A stretch of DNA of 64,000 bases, taken from Candidatus Cloacimonadota bacterium. Lineage in GTDB: Bacteria; Cloacimonadota; Cloacimonadia; JGIOTU-2. The notes under the pieces are model-generated. The model had not been told where the DNA came from and ran no database searches. It was given only the letters and a program-made list of their open reading frames with translations. Numbering within the stretch: position 1 is the first letter of the stretch; each line of letters begins with the position of its first letter. The DNA is taken from assembly GCA_049903315.1 (NCBI GenBank), contig JBNGBT010000005.1:199475-263474 (forward strand), in the 5' to 3' direction. Shown here piece after piece: positions 36,148 to 45,275 of the stretch. Both the position numbers and the translations under genes were made by a program.

Positions 36148-37010
36148 TTGATTATCTTCTTCCAACTATCTCTTAAAATAATTTTCAAGGTTTCGGAATT
36201 GCTTTCAATAATTGTTTTTCCATCAGTCATTGCGGCAGTAAAGCTCTCATCGTAAGGAAGATTTGAAATATGATCTATCGAATTTTTCTCACAAAAATCG
36301 CGAATTTTCTCTGCGATTTCAATATTTATATCATACTTGTTTATAATGCAGCCTGCAGGCAATTTGAAATTTTGAATGAGTTCAAACACTCTCTGCATAT
36401 CATGAAATCCCGAAAGTGTGGGCTCTGTTACAAGTATTACGTAATTAGCTCCAGATAGTGAAGATACGACTGGGCACCCGATGCCGGGAGAACCATCCAC
36501 AAGAATAATATCTTTCCCGGTTTCCTGAGCAATATTCTTTGCTTCCTTTTTGACTTTTGCGACCAACTTTCCGGAATTATCAGCACCAATACCGAGTTTG
36601 GCGTGTACCATTTTGGTTTCACTTTTAATTTTTGAAATATACCATTTGCCGACATTTTGCTCTACCATTTGTATTGCTTTCAAGGGACAGATCTCAGCAC
36701 AATAAGCACATCCTTCGCAATCAAGATTAATTATATTGTAATAATCATCAATTTTTTTAACCGCATCAAATCTGCACACCTGCTGACATTTTCCGCATTT
36801 CATGCAGAGGTTTTGATCGATAACTGCTTTGAAGCCTGAATAGAAATCTTCTGCGTGTGAAAAATCCGGCTGAAGAAGAAGGTGCATATCAGCTGCATCG
36901 ACATCACAATCCGCGATGATGGCATTTTTTCCTGCAAGCATTGCAAATGCAGCAGTGATAGAGGTTTTACCTGTTCCACCCTTTCCGGATATAATAACTA
37001 TTTCTTTCAT
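36129..37010 (-). CDS. MinD-superfamily P-loop ATPase with inserted ferredoxin domain (COG1149-like)
   Basis: ISGKGGTGKT, DCDVDAAD, CMKCGKCQQVC, CEGCAYCAEICP, NSGKLV, DGSPGIGCPV, VTEPT. ATGA overlap with its paralogue. Confidence 0.9.
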   Translation of the reverse strand: MKEIVIISGKGGTGKTSITAAFAMLAGKNAIIADCDVDAADMHLLLQPDFSHAEDFYSGFKAVIDQNLCMKCGKCQQVCRFDAVKKIDDYYNIINLDCEGCAYCAEICPLKAIQMVEQNVGKWYISKIKSETKMVHAKLGIGADNSGKLVAKVKKEAKNIAQETGKDIILVDGSPGIGCPVVSSLSGANYVILVTEPTLSGFHDMQRVFELIQNFKLPAGCIINKYDINIEIAEKIRDFCEKNSIDHISNLPYDESFTAAMTDGKTIIESNSETLKIILRDSWKKIIKLTDFH

Positions 37011-37867
37011 GACAGCACCTCGCACACTTTGAGATTCTTTATAATAGTATTGAATGCAGAACGTACCTCTGGAATTGCTTCTGAGAGCAGTTCACCCTTT
37101 GCATAAGCTATTGCAGCTTTTTTCATATTAGGAATTTTACCGAGGAGAGGGATACGTTCTTTTTCACAATAACGTATCACATCATCGTTTCCAATACCAT
37201 AGCGGTTTATAACTACCCCAAAATCCTTTTTCAATTCTCTCATAACCTCCACTGCGAGCGTGAGATCATGCAACCCAAAAGGGGTGGGCTCTGTTATTAA
37301 AATGATATAATCCGCATCCTTTGTTGCTTCGATAACCGGACATGAAGTTCCCGGAGGTGCATCAAAAATTCGCAGTATTTCAGGGGGAAATTTCGTGTCC
37401 ACATACTCGATTGTCTGCGAGATCAAAGGAACTGCCTGCTCTTCACCGACATTGAGTTTTCCTTCAACAAAATGAAGCTCATTATCTTCAAATTCAGTGA
37501 TCTTTCCTACTTCATACGATTTCATAGGGAGCGCATTCTTGGGACATAACTCAGAACACGCATAGCAGCTATGACAGAGTTGATTGAAAACCAGCACTTC
37601 TTCCCATAATTTAATGACTGCATTGAATTTGCACACGCGCTGGCAGTTACCGCAGAGTATGCACTTATCTTTGTCCCATTCCGAGATCATCTTAAAAACT
37701 TTTTTCTCCTGAACCTTTTTTCCTTTTATGAAAAATCCTGAGTTGGGTTCCTCGACATCAAGGTCTGTGAGAATGACAGAACAATTCTGGGAAAGCATAA
37801 ATGCAAGATTCGTTGCGAGAGTTGTTTTTCCCGTACCGCCCTTTCCGCTTGCAATTGCAATTTTCAT
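37007..37867 (-). CDS. MinD-superfamily P-loop ATPase with inserted ferredoxin domain (COG1149-like)
   Basis: IASGKGGTGKTT, DLDVEEPN, CILCGNCQRVC, CHSCYACSELCP, DAPPGTSCPV, TEPTPFGLHDL. Confidence 0.9.
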   Translation of the reverse strand: MKIAIASGKGGTGKTTLATNLAFMLSQNCSVILTDLDVEEPNSGFFIKGKKVQEKKVFKMISEWDKDKCILCGNCQRVCKFNAVIKLWEEVLVFNQLCHSCYACSELCPKNALPMKSYEVGKITEFEDNELHFVEGKLNVGEEQAVPLISQTIEYVDTKFPPEILRIFDAPPGTSCPVIEATKDADYIILITEPTPFGLHDLTLAVEVMRELKKDFGVVINRYGIGNDDVIRYCEKERIPLLGKIPNMKKAAIAYAKGELLSEAIPEVRSAFNTIIKNLKVCEVLS

Positions 37868-37880
37868 ATATTCACCTTAT

Positions 37881-38258
37881 CTATTTTGTGCGTTCGAATA
37901 TTTCGAAGTTGTTACCAAATTTATCCTGAATGAAAACAAGTGAGTGAGGTTCTTTTTCAACTATTGTTAAAGGATAATTCATCATTTTTACTTTTTGGAT
38001 AAAAGCTTTTCTGTCATCGACTTCGATACATAGATGAGAGTAATTGTTTCTCGAGGGGAGCTTTGTGATAAATATTTCGAAAATATCGGCTCCGTTGGTA
38101 AGTCTTGTCACAGGTACTTCTTCATAGAAACCAAATAATTGCTGATTGAGCTGCTTGGTAAGAGTAAATTCTTTTTCGATAGTCAGTCCGAGTATATTTT
38201 GGTAAAAATTCTTGATTTCAGAAGGATCTTTTATTGTGAGTCCAACGTGTTTTATCAT
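37881..38258 (-). CDS. VOC/glyoxalase-family protein
   Basis: HVGLTI...FYQNILGL, HLCIEV, FIQDKFGNNFE. Confidence 0.8.
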   Translation of the reverse strand: MIKHVGLTIKDPSEIKNFYQNILGLTIEKEFTLTKQLNQQLFGFYEEVPVTRLTNGADIFEIFITKLPSRNNYSHLCIEVDDRKAFIQKVKMMNYPLTIVEKEPHSLVFIQDKFGNNFEIFERTK

Positions 38259-39439
38259 TTTGCACCTCGCCCATGAAAATATTCTTCCATCCGATCGAAT
38301 GCAGTATTGATCATGTCTTCATCAACGCAGAAAGATAAGCGCAGATGACTTTCTCCGGTTGGACCAAAAGCAATTCCCGGAGTTGTAGACACTTTTGCTT
38401 TTTGCAGTAGATTTACACAGAAATCTATAGAATCATTGCCTGCATCGACCAGTATTTTGGGGAACATCAAATATGAGCCGGTTGGTTTTACATAGGAAAA
38501 AACATCGTCGAGACGGTCGAGTCGGTCGCACAGAAGATCACGTGCGGATTTATAATGAGTTCGGAATTCATCGACGCAATCCTGAGATCCTTTCAACGCT
38601 TCGAGAGCTGCATATTGTGAAATCACAGGCGCGCAGATCGCAAAAGGTATATGTGCTTTTTTTATTTGAGGGATCAACTCTTCATTTGCATGAAGATAGC
38701 CGATCCGCCAGCCGGTCATTGCGTAGGTTTTTGTGAAAGTATAACAGGAAATGACATTATTGTGCACTTCCGGGATCGATGCAATACTGAAGTGTCTATG
38801 ACCATCATACACAAAATATTCGTATGCTTCGTCAGTAATGATCACAAGATTGTTTTCGATAGCGATTTTGGCAATTTCTCTTAATGTCTTTTCTGGAAAT
38901 ATTGTTCCTGTTGGATTGTTTGGACTGCAGAAGAGTATTGCTTTTGTTTTCGGAGTAATCGCTTTTTTGATGTCGTCAATATGAAGTGCGAACTCATCCT
39001 CTTCATGAAGCGGAACGAAAACAGGTTTTCCTGATGCAAGTAATACCTGTCGCACATGAGTGGAATAGGTAGGGGAAGGAACAATTACTTCATCACCGGG
39101 ATCGATACAGGCCATTACTGCGGAAGCAATGCCCTCGATTGCCCCAACAGTCACTAATATCTGGTTTGGATTCGCATCAATATTGTTATCTCTATTCAGT
39201 TTTTTTACAATTTCTTTTCTGAGTTCAAGCAGTCCGTCACTTGGAGAATATCCTCCAACCAGTCCTTTTTCGATCGCTTCAATTGCAGCTTTATTGATAT
39301 GTTCAGGAGTTCCTGATGTTGGTTTTGCCCAGGAGAGAAATGCCACATCCTCGAGTTGTTTTGAAAGACGCGTCATTTCATGGATGGCAGATTTGCTGAT
39401 CGAACTTACGCGTTTTGAGGTTAGACTTTTTCTATTCAC
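38255..39439 (-). CDS. PLP-dependent aminotransferase class I/II
   Basis: Y.PSDGLLELR, SPNNPTG, DEAYE, TFTKTYAMTGWRIGY, PGIAFG..GE.HLRLSF. Confidence 0.92.
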   Translation of the reverse strand: MNRKSLTSKRVSSISKSAIHEMTRLSKQLEDVAFLSWAKPTSGTPEHINKAAIEAIEKGLVGGYSPSDGLLELRKEIVKKLNRDNNIDANPNQILVTVGAIEGIASAVMACIDPGDEVIVPSPTYSTHVRQVLLASGKPVFVPLHEEDEFALHIDDIKKAITPKTKAILFCSPNNPTGTIFPEKTLREIAKIAIENNLVIITDEAYEYFVYDGHRHFSIASIPEVHNNVISCYTFTKTYAMTGWRIGYLHANEELIPQIKKAHIPFAICAPVISQYAALEALKGSQDCVDEFRTHYKSARDLLCDRLDRLDDVFSYVKPTGSYLMFPKILVDAGNDSIDFCVNLLQKAKVSTTPGIAFGPTGESHLRLSFCVDEDMINTAFDRMEEYFHGRGAK

Positions 39440-39467
39440 AGGTGTTCCTTTTCTGAAAAATTTTCTA

Positions 39468-40109
39468 TTATTGTATTTCTATTACTTTTCCTGCTCCACC
39501 TTCAATATATTTTTCGGCATAGCGCTTTTTTATCTCTTTGATATGCTCTGTACAGTGGGTAGGACACACAAGCGTGAGTGGCTCGAGTAACTCATATTCT
39601 GTGAATCCATGAAATCCACCAATAATAGCATAAGGTTCTCCGAATTGTCGTGCTGTTTCCAGAATGAGTCCTATTCCCGGATGTGAGCATCCAACAATGA
39701 TCACCAATCCTTTAGATGTTTTCACGATCAATGACTGCTCAATGTTATCAAGTTCACCAGTGGAATAAATGCCTTCACTCAGTTCCATCGGTTTATCAAC
39801 AGATATGAGGTGTTTTACATTATGAATTCCACGAACTGATGGGGGAATATAGAGCGTCACATCCTTATTATTCGAGAGAAATGAAGATAATCCGCCGATA
39901 TGATCGTAGTGATTATGTGAGATAAAGACCTCATCAATTTCAGCAGGTTCGATGTGCAGTTTTTCCATGTTTGATAAGAGAACATTTCCATTGTCACCAG
40001 TATCAAAAAGAATTTTTTTCTCATTAACTTCGATGAGGGCTGCGAATCCCCATGATGCTTGTAGAGCAGGATCGTAAGCAGTATTATCAAAAATAATAGT
40101 AATTTTCAT
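39468..40109 (-). CDS. MBL-fold metallo-hydrolase (COG1237-like)
   Basis: ITIIFDN, WGFAALIE, LFDTG, SHNHYDHIGG, EQSL, GCSHPG, GGFH, PTHCT. Confidence 0.88.
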   Translation of the reverse strand: MKITIIFDNTAYDPALQASWGFAALIEVNEKKILFDTGDNGNVLLSNMEKLHIEPAEIDEVFISHNHYDHIGGLSSFLSNNKDVTLYIPPSVRGIHNVKHLISVDKPMELSEGIYSTGELDNIEQSLIVKTSKGLVIIVGCSHPGIGLILETARQFGEPYAIIGGFHGFTEYELLEPLTLVCPTHCTEHIKEIKKRYAEKYIEGGAGKVIEIQ

Positions 40110-40126
40110 AAGTATAATTAACAGAT

Positions 40127-40492
40127 TTAATGACAATTTCCGTGTCCCGGTCCTTTACCTTCGCCGTGCTCACACAAGCTGTCACCTTCAGCGAGTGTGC
40201 CTTTGATGTATTCATCAATAACACAGTCGATATCTCCCTGTACACCGATGATCCAGTCCATATCATAGGTTTGAAAAAGCTGTTGAGCTCTGTTTCCCAT
40301 GCCGCCTGCTATGATTGTTTTACAACCGAGCTCATGAAAATAATTAGGCAGCACATTAGGTGCATGTCCGGGATTTGGGAGTATTTCTTTTTTTTTGATG
40401 GCTCCATTTTCGATATCTACAAGTGTAAATTCAGGGCATCGTCCGAAATGTTGTGCAACATTCCCATTTTCTGATGAGATCACTATTCGCAT
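40127..40492 (-). CDS. NifB/NifX-family protein with Cys/His-containing tail
   Basis: VAQHFGRCPEF, NPGH.P, IAGGMG.RA, LCEHGEGKGPGHGNCH. Confidence 0.88.
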   Translation of the reverse strand: MRIVISSENGNVAQHFGRCPEFTLVDIENGAIKKKEILPNPGHAPNVLPNYFHELGCKTIIAGGMGNRAQQLFQTYDMDWIIGVQGDIDCVIDEYIKGTLAEGDSLCEHGEGKGPGHGNCH

Positions 40493-40514
40493 TGCTTCTC
40501 CTAAAATTTATTTG

Positions 40515-40709
40515 TTATTCTCTTGTCATTTTTGCGCCGCATTTAGGGCATGTTTTGTTAAGGCAAGGTACACCCTGGGCGTGAGGTTCTTTGTAACCGC
40601 ATGAAGGGCATATGCAAGATCCACCCGGACCTGCAAAGTTACCTCCCTGTCCTCGACCTTGCCCTTGTCCTCCGCCCATTCCTTTGCCTTGACCGTTTCC
40701 TCTTGGCAT
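40515..40709 (-). CDS. Small Gly-rich protein with Cys-rich zinc-ribbon-like module
   Basis: MPRGNGQG...GPGGSCICPSCG.KEPH..GVPC...CPKCGAKM. AAGGAG RBS. Confidence 0.78.
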   Translation of the reverse strand: MPRGNGQGKGMGGGQGQGRGQGGNFAGPGGSCICPSCGYKEPHAQGVPCLNKTCPKCGAKMTRE

Positions 40710-40710
40710 G

Positions 40711-41007
40711 TTATTCTCCTTTCTCAGTGTCAATCACTGAATAGGTGCTTTCTATTTCGGCAGATGATTTTCTTTCATCTGTGATCTGTTTTGTTTTGAA
40801 TCGACTGACTAAAGCATTCACTGTTCGTCGTGAAATGCTATCCGGTTTACGAAGATCATTTACGATCGCACCAACCATTGGGATGACGAGAGTGCGCCAT
40901 ACCGAGACGCTTCCATCTTTTTTTGTGAATGCGCCAAAGCAGCCACCGCGTCTTCGACCTGTGCCGGGACCGCGTCCTTCCGGACCTGTGCCGTTTCTTC
41001 TTGGCAT
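40711..41007 (-). CDS. Hypothetical protein with DUF5320-like N-terminus
   Basis: MPRRNGTGPEGRGPGTGRRRGGC. AGGAG RBS. Confidence 0.65.
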   Translation of the reverse strand: MPRRNGTGPEGRGPGTGRRRGGCFGAFTKKDGSVSVWRTLVIPMVGAIVNDLRKPDSISRRTVNALVSRFKTKQITDERKSSAEIESTYSVIDTEKGE

Positions 41008-41025
41008 AAAAACTCCTACTTTTTT

Positions 41026-41078
41026 ACCACAGAGGACACAGAGGTTTTTTTACTAAATTTCTCTGTGCTCTCTGTAGT
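41026..41078. repeat. Inverted CACAGAG repeat pair with no cargo gene
   Basis: ACCACAGAGGACACAGAG ... CTCTGTGCTCTCTGTAGT. Confidence 0.6.
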
Positions 41079-41099
41079 TTTTATTCATAATTATGATTA

Positions 41100-41453
41100 C
41101 TATTTCTCTGCAGCTCTGATCTCTTTGAGTCGAGCTTCGATGTGCTTCATGTTTTCTTTCAGCATGTTGAGTTCGTTCTCAAGATAATCTCTCTCATTTT
41201 CTGCTTGAGCAGATTGGGGATAGGGTGCATAGGAAACTGGATAGGCGGGTGCAAAACCTCTACCATATCCTCTTCCGCGTCCGAAACCGCGATTATATCC
41301 AAGTCCCATTCCTCGACCGAATCCACGGTCATAGTAACCTCTTGCGCCAGCCGCATTCATGTAACCGGGTCTGTCATTACCTGCACAAAAACCAGCAGCT
41401 CTTCCTGTCATTGGTCCTACACCATTAGGACCTGTTCTGTCTCCACGTGGCAT
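41100..41453 (-). CDS. DUF5320-family Gly/Arg-rich protein
   Basis: MPRGDRTGPNGVGPMTGRAAGFC, GRG repeats, C-terminal coiled coil. AAGGAGG RBS. Confidence 0.85.
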   Translation of the reverse strand: MPRGDRTGPNGVGPMTGRAAGFCAGNDRPGYMNAAGARGYYDRGFGRGMGLGYNRGFGRGRGYGRGFAPAYPVSYAPYPQSAQAENERDYLENELNMLKENMKHIEARLKEIRAAEK

Positions 41454-41481
41454 TGTATGCCTCCTTGTATTTAATATTTTT

Positions 41482-41620
41482 AACCACAAAAAACACGAAA
41501 AAAACGAAAATTAACATAAAAAATTTTTTCGTAATGATCGTATTTGATTCAATTACATTACATATTCTTCTACATAGATTTGTAATATTTATTTCGTGTC
41601 CTTTCGTGACTTTATTGGTT
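41482..41620. repeat. Inverted CACGAAA/TTTCGTG repeat pair with no cargo gene
   Basis: AACCACAAAAAACACGAAAAAAACGAAAA (41482-41510) ... TTTCGTGTCCTTTCGTGACTTTATTGGTT (41592-41620). Confidence 0.55.
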
Positions 41621-41630
41621 TTAATAATTT

Positions 41631-42083
41631 TCATCTGCCTGGACCAAATCTTCCGCGATTGCGACCTTTACCACCCTGGTAATACATATTTAGGTTTTCA
41701 AGGTCATCATCATTGCATTCGGGACATTTTTCCGGAGCTTGTCTCGAGTAGTTGGAGAGTGAGCCGCAACTTCTGCATCGAACCACATGATTCAGAAATT
41801 GGAAGTCACCACCACCGATTGATATTTCTTTCCCGTCAATGATCCCGGAAGCGATCTTTTTTCGTGCTTGATCGATGAGTCGGGTAAAGGTCGGACGGGA
41901 AATTCCCATCTTTTCTGCAGCATCTTTGTGCTCGAGTCCTTCGTAATCAGCAAGACGGAGTGCTTCGTATTCATCGACTGAAAGATCGACTACATCCAGT
42001 AAACGTGCGGGGATACCCACAGGTTTGAATCTGCTGCAAATTGGCGGCTTACTTACGCGCCTGATCTTTCTTGGTCGTGGCAT
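41631..42083 (-). CDS. DUF134 (UPF0251) HTH protein with C-terminal zinc ribbon
   Basis: MPRPRKIRRV..PP...FKPVG, DEYEALRLADYEGL...AA.KMGISRPTF, CRSCG...CPEC. Confidence 0.9.
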   Translation of the reverse strand: MPRPRKIRRVSKPPICSRFKPVGIPARLLDVVDLSVDEYEALRLADYEGLEHKDAAEKMGISRPTFTRLIDQARKKIASGIIDGKEISIGGGDFQFLNHVVRCRSCGSLSNYSRQAPEKCPECNDDDLENLNMYYQGGKGRNRGRFGPGR

Positions 42084-42099
42084 TTCTTTTTCCTTATTA

Positions 42100-42142
42100 T
42101 GAACTTATGTTCAAAACTTAAGCATACCAATCGGATTGTCAA
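42100..42142 (-). promoter_or_regulatory. Sigma70-like promoter with a palindromic operator upstream of DUF134
   Basis: TTGACA (42142-42137), TAAGTT after a 16-nt spacer, then TGAAC-N4-GTTCA (42100-42113). Confidence 0.55.
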
Positions 42143-42158
42143 ATAAAATATGAAAATA

Positions 42159-42194
42159 TAAAAAACCGAAGACGATAATGCCATTATCGCCTTC
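42159..42194 (-). terminator. Probable terminator after the mrp operon
   Basis: The minus strand reads GAAGGCGATAATG G CATTATCGTCTTC GGTTTTTT. Confidence 0.6.
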
Positions 42195-42220
42195 ATGTTC
42201 ATCATAAATAATTGAATCAA

Positions 42221-42607
42221 TTATTTACATTCCACGTTCAATAATTCTTTGCCCTCTGCATCATTATATACAAAGGTGACTGCTACTTTGTTTTTCCTGA
42301 ATAAAGCAAAATCCTTGGAGGTTTTGTAATGATTGAGAAGTTGTGTTTTCATATTATTCAGGTTTTCTTCGTTAAGTGCATTCGGATCAACCTTGAGCAT
42401 AGTGTAGGTATAGATCATACTCATATCCTGTCCTGCACCCACGTGGTCAAGGCGAACATTTTCCGCAACGATCTTCGGGCACTCCTTCGTCATCTCTTCA
42501 CACAATTCTACCAGTTCTTCCTGTGTCATACGATCTGGTTTACGGAAAAGAAAATAAAGTACCACAGCGATAATAACTACAGCTGCTACGATGATTGCTA
42601 TTAACAT
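42221..42607 (-). CDS. Hypothetical membrane-anchored protein
   Basis: N-terminal TM helix and AAGGA RBS. No family recognised. Confidence 0.65.
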   Translation of the reverse strand: MLIAIIVAAVVIIAVVLYFLFRKPDRMTQEELVELCEEMTKECPKIVAENVRLDHVGAGQDMSMIYTYTMLKVDPNALNEENLNNMKTQLLNHYKTSKDFALFRKNKVAVTFVYNDAEGKELLNVECK

Positions 42608-42636
42608 GGTTTTCCTTTCTAAAAATATTTTTATTA

Positions 42637-43458
42637 TTACAGCTTCATCAAAATATTATCAGCAACTTCACTGAATCGCTTGCCTGCTTCAGTATCTGCA
42701 TTTTCACCAATAAACGGTTTGCCAGTGTCGCCAGACTGAACAACTTTCACATCAAAAGGAATTCGTCCAAGAAGGTCAATATTGAAATCTTTCAATGCTT
42801 TTTCGCCGCTTCCAGCTTTGAACAATTCGATATGCTGTCCGCAGTGGGGACACAAGATCTCAGTCATATTTTCCACAATGCCGAGTACTGGAATTTCTAA
42901 TTTCTTTGCAAAATTGATTGCTTTTCGAACATCGAGATATGCAATTTCCTGGGGGGTGGATACAATGACTACTCCTGTAATGTTTTTGAGAATTTGTATG
43001 ACGCTCAGCGGTTCGTCGCCTGTTCCCGGAGGACAGTCAACAATTAAATAATCTAGTGCAGGCCATTCAATATCTTCCATGAACTGCTTAATAAGATTCA
43101 TCTTCATAGGTCCACGCCAGATGACCGGAGCGTCCGGATCCTGAAGCAAAGATGCGATGGAGAGCACTACAAGGTTATCGGTTACCTGCACCGGAGCAGG
43201 GGATTGTCCTTCATGATGCATTAATTTTTTATCTTCGGTTCCTGTCATTTTTACGACTGAGGGACCGTGAATATCCGTATCGAGAATACCGACCTTGTTT
43301 CCTTTTTCTGCAAGTGTGTATGCAAGGTTGACTGCAATTGTGCTTTTCCCAACTCCGCCCTTGCCACTCATGACCACGATTGTATGTTTGATGTTTTTCA
43401 AATTCTTTTCATACAATTCCTTCTTCTTTTCCTGTTGATCCTGTTGGACATCTGTCAT
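42637..43458 (-). CDS. mrp: Mrp/NBP35 (ApbC) Fe-S cluster carrier ATPase
   Basis: MSGKGGVGKST, DTDIHGPS, PVIWRGPMK, DCPPGTGDE, STPQ, ENM...CPHCG. Confidence 0.93.
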   Translation of the reverse strand: MTDVQQDQQEKKKELYEKNLKNIKHTIVVMSGKGGVGKSTIAVNLAYTLAEKGNKVGILDTDIHGPSVVKMTGTEDKKLMHHEGQSPAPVQVTDNLVVLSIASLLQDPDAPVIWRGPMKMNLIKQFMEDIEWPALDYLIVDCPPGTGDEPLSVIQILKNITGVVIVSTPQEIAYLDVRKAINFAKKLEIPVLGIVENMTEILCPHCGQHIELFKAGSGEKALKDFNIDLLGRIPFDVKVVQSGDTGKPFIGENADTEAGKRFSEVADNILMKL

Positions 43459-43609
43459 TTCAATCTCCTGATTTTATTCATTTTATACATACAAGGTATG
43501 GGATAAATCGAATTGTCAAATTAAAAGCAAGAATTTTTTATTATCTCTGATAAATTGACAGAATCGAGTCTCCATATGAAATATATACAGTACATAATTA
43601 GGAGAAACA

Positions 43610-44152
43610 ATGAAAAAAATAATAATGCTTTGCGTTATCTTATTTTGCACATATACTCTTCTCGCAGATGAACCTCCTGAAGAAGAACCACAAAAATATA
43701 CTCTTGATCAAGCACACGAAATATTTGCAGTTGATTTCTTTAATAGGACATGGGACTTCCTTGATAAATCGGAAAGAATATACGAAGAAAATGAAGTTAT
43801 GCTCAATCTTGCTCATGCATCACTCATGCACTGGTCGATCATAGGAGAGCCCATAAACATGCAGCGCGGAGAGTGGATGGTCGCACATGTGTACACGATT
43901 CTCGAAAGAGGAGAACCAGCGCTTCATCATGCACAGAACTGCCTTAATATTACAGAGAAATTCGGCTTTGATGATTTCGATCTCGCCTTTGCATATGAAG
44001 AGTATGCACGCGCGCTTGCTTTGAATGACAAGGATAATTGGAAAGAATATTATGATCTGGCAAAGGGTGCAGGTGAACTTATAGCTGAAAAGGGCGATCG
44101 GGAATATTTCCTTCAAGTTCTCGATGAAGGACCTTGGTTTGGAAAGAGATAA
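43610..44152 (+). CDS. Conserved hypothetical exported helical protein
   Basis: Signal peptide; H..FAV..FN.TW..L.K, AHAS..HW, RGEW...VY..L, FDLAFAYE..ARA. AGGAG RBS and upstream TTGACA. Confidence 0.7.
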   Translation: MKKIIMLCVILFCTYTLLADEPPEEEPQKYTLDQAHEIFAVDFFNRTWDFLDKSERIYEENEVMLNLAHASLMHWSIIGEPINMQRGEWMVAHVYTILERGEPALHHAQNCLNITEKFGFDDFDLAFAYEEYARALALNDKDNWKEYYDLAKGAGELIAEKGDREYFLQVLDEGPWFGKR

Positions 44153-44165
44153 GAAATAATAATAG

Positions 44166-45212
44166 ATGAAACAAAAAGACTTTAAACTCACACATCACGT
44201 TCGGGCTGCCGGCTGAGCTGGTAAAGTAAGTCCGGCGGACTTAAAAAAGATTATGCATGGGATCGAGTGGCAAAAAAATGCTCGTACCTTAGTAAGCTTT
44301 GAAGAAAATGATGATGCAGGGGTATATCAAGTTTCTGATGATGTGGCATTGGTTCAAACTGTCGATTTTATCACTCCGGTTGTTGATGATCCCTATACAT
44401 TCGGGCAGATTGCAGCAGTTAATAGTCTCAGTGATATTTTTGCTATGGGTGCCCAGGTTCATACAGTTATGAACCTCGTAATGTATGATTCCTGCAATGT
44501 CAAACAAGAAATGCTCAATGATATTCTGCGCGGGGGACTTGATAAGATCACAGAAGCAGGGGGCATTGTTCTTGGTGGTCATACGATCGAAGATATTGAG
44601 ATGAAGTATGGTCTTTCCGTAACCGGTTTGGTTCATCCAAATAAGTATGTGCGAAATAACACAGCCCAACCTGGAGATAGATTAATTCTTACAAAACCAC
44701 TTGGCATGGGAGTAATTACCACTGCACTGAAAGCGGGAAAAGCTCCGCAAAAAGCAATTGAAAAAGCAATCTTCCACATGACCTTTCTGAATAAGACTGC
44801 TTCGGAAATAGCTGTTGAAATTGGAGCGCATGCAATGACAGATGTAACCGGTTTTGGTCTGCTGGGACACCTCTATGAGATGACCCATGAAGGAGTATCA
44901 ATTGAGATAGAGCATAAAGCAATACCGATCATAGAAGAAGCACATGCATTGGCAGAATTGGGAACATTTCCCGGTGGTTCAAAACGAAATATGAAGTATT
45001 ATTCCCAATTTGTTGCATTCGCTGATCCTTCCATATCTGAAGGAGAAAAATTGCTTCTGTATGATGCTCAAACATCAGGTGGACTACTCATTGCAGTTGC
45101 GCAAGAAGAAGCTGATACATTGCTTGAATCATTAAAAGGTGCAGGTATCGAATGGTGTGCTGAGATAGGGAAAGTTTACGAAAATAAAATCAGGGAAATT
45201 TCCATCACATAA
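44166..45212 (+). CDS. selD: Selenophosphate synthetase, selenocysteine-containing (TGA at 44214-44216 = Sec17)
   Basis: ATG 44166 reads MKQKDFKLTHHVRAAG-U-AGKVSP in frame with DDAGVY, QTVDFITPVVDDPY.FG, NSLSDIFAMG, GGHT, LTKPLG, TDVTGFGLLGH, DAQTSGGLL. Confidence 0.93.
44227..44243 (+). promoter_or_regulatory. Candidate bacterial SECIS hairpin
   Basis: TAAGTCC GGC GGACTTA perfect stem beginning 11 nt after the in-frame TGA, with G in the loop. Confidence 0.7.
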
Positions 45213-45275
45213 ATAATTTGACAGAGGAAACTCCTTTTTATTAATTCATAATTAATCTATTAATCGGAGGATAGT

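Noticed and set aside
34640..40492. Nitrogen fixation cluster
   Set aside because: Only NifB/NifX-like small domains and MinD-type ATPases are present; no nifH, nifD, nifK or radical-SAM NifB.
44214..44216. selD as a pseudogene with a premature stop
   Set aside because: The TGA falls exactly at the Cys/Sec catalytic position, is followed by a SECIS-like hairpin, and the rest of the gene is intact.
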